Below are positions 45,804 through 45,857 of a stretch of 45,857 bases of DNA, in pieces. Numbering within the stretch: position 1 is the first letter of the stretch; each line of letters starts with the position of its first letter. The stretch covers positions 1 to 45,857 of the forward strand of contig JALJEE010001448.1 in assembly GCA_023231475.1 (NCBI GenBank), in the 5' to 3' direction. This DNA comes from Seison nebaliae. Lineage: Eukaryota. The notes under the pieces were generated by a model, which had not been told where the DNA came from, did no database searches, and saw only the letters and a program-made list of their open reading frames with translations. Position numbers and translations under genes: made by a program.

Positions 45804-45857
45804 ATCTTTGTCAATATTTTAGTTAGGGAACTTTTTAAAATAAGCTATTGTCTAGAT

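Noticed and set aside
45629..45826. 65-aa ORF with SHxDI repeats
   Set aside because: It is simply the translation of the 15-bp minisatellite.
1..45857. Non-standard genetic code, tRNA/rRNA genes or horizontally acquired prokaryotic genes
   Set aside because: Conserved genes translate fully with the standard code, every in-frame stop is explained by introns or decay, and no cloverleaf, rRNA or bacterial operon signature was seen by eye.

Overview
AT-rich eukaryotic genomic DNA from an animal (an invertebrate with a compact genome, by inference). There is no prokaryotic, CRISPR, rRNA or tRNA content that I can support. From left to right: two tandem minus-strand paralogues encoding Gly/Met- and Pro/Ala-repeat proteins (the first appears to carry an internal ~310-bp inversion); a 37-bp inverted-repeat pair; a 4-exon orphan secreted protein; a 7-exon GluN2-type NMDA receptor subunit with Arg at the pore N-site; an 8-exon SLC5 Na+/solute symporter; then single-exon KIF6, Kekkon-like LRR-Ig receptor, MFSD6-like transporter, MRPS9, Rad6/UBE2A, RER1 and Asteroid-like nuclease genes, with decayed Merlin (ISXO2-type) and LINE remnants. 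The strongest window-wide signal is in splicing. Of 16 hand-reconstructed host-gene introns (43-89 nt), 15 begin GTT rather than GT(A/G). In one case the frame requires a GTT donor even though a perfect GTAAGT lies 13 nt downstream. Gene models were built by eye from frame continuity and family motifs and have not been checked against RNA data.
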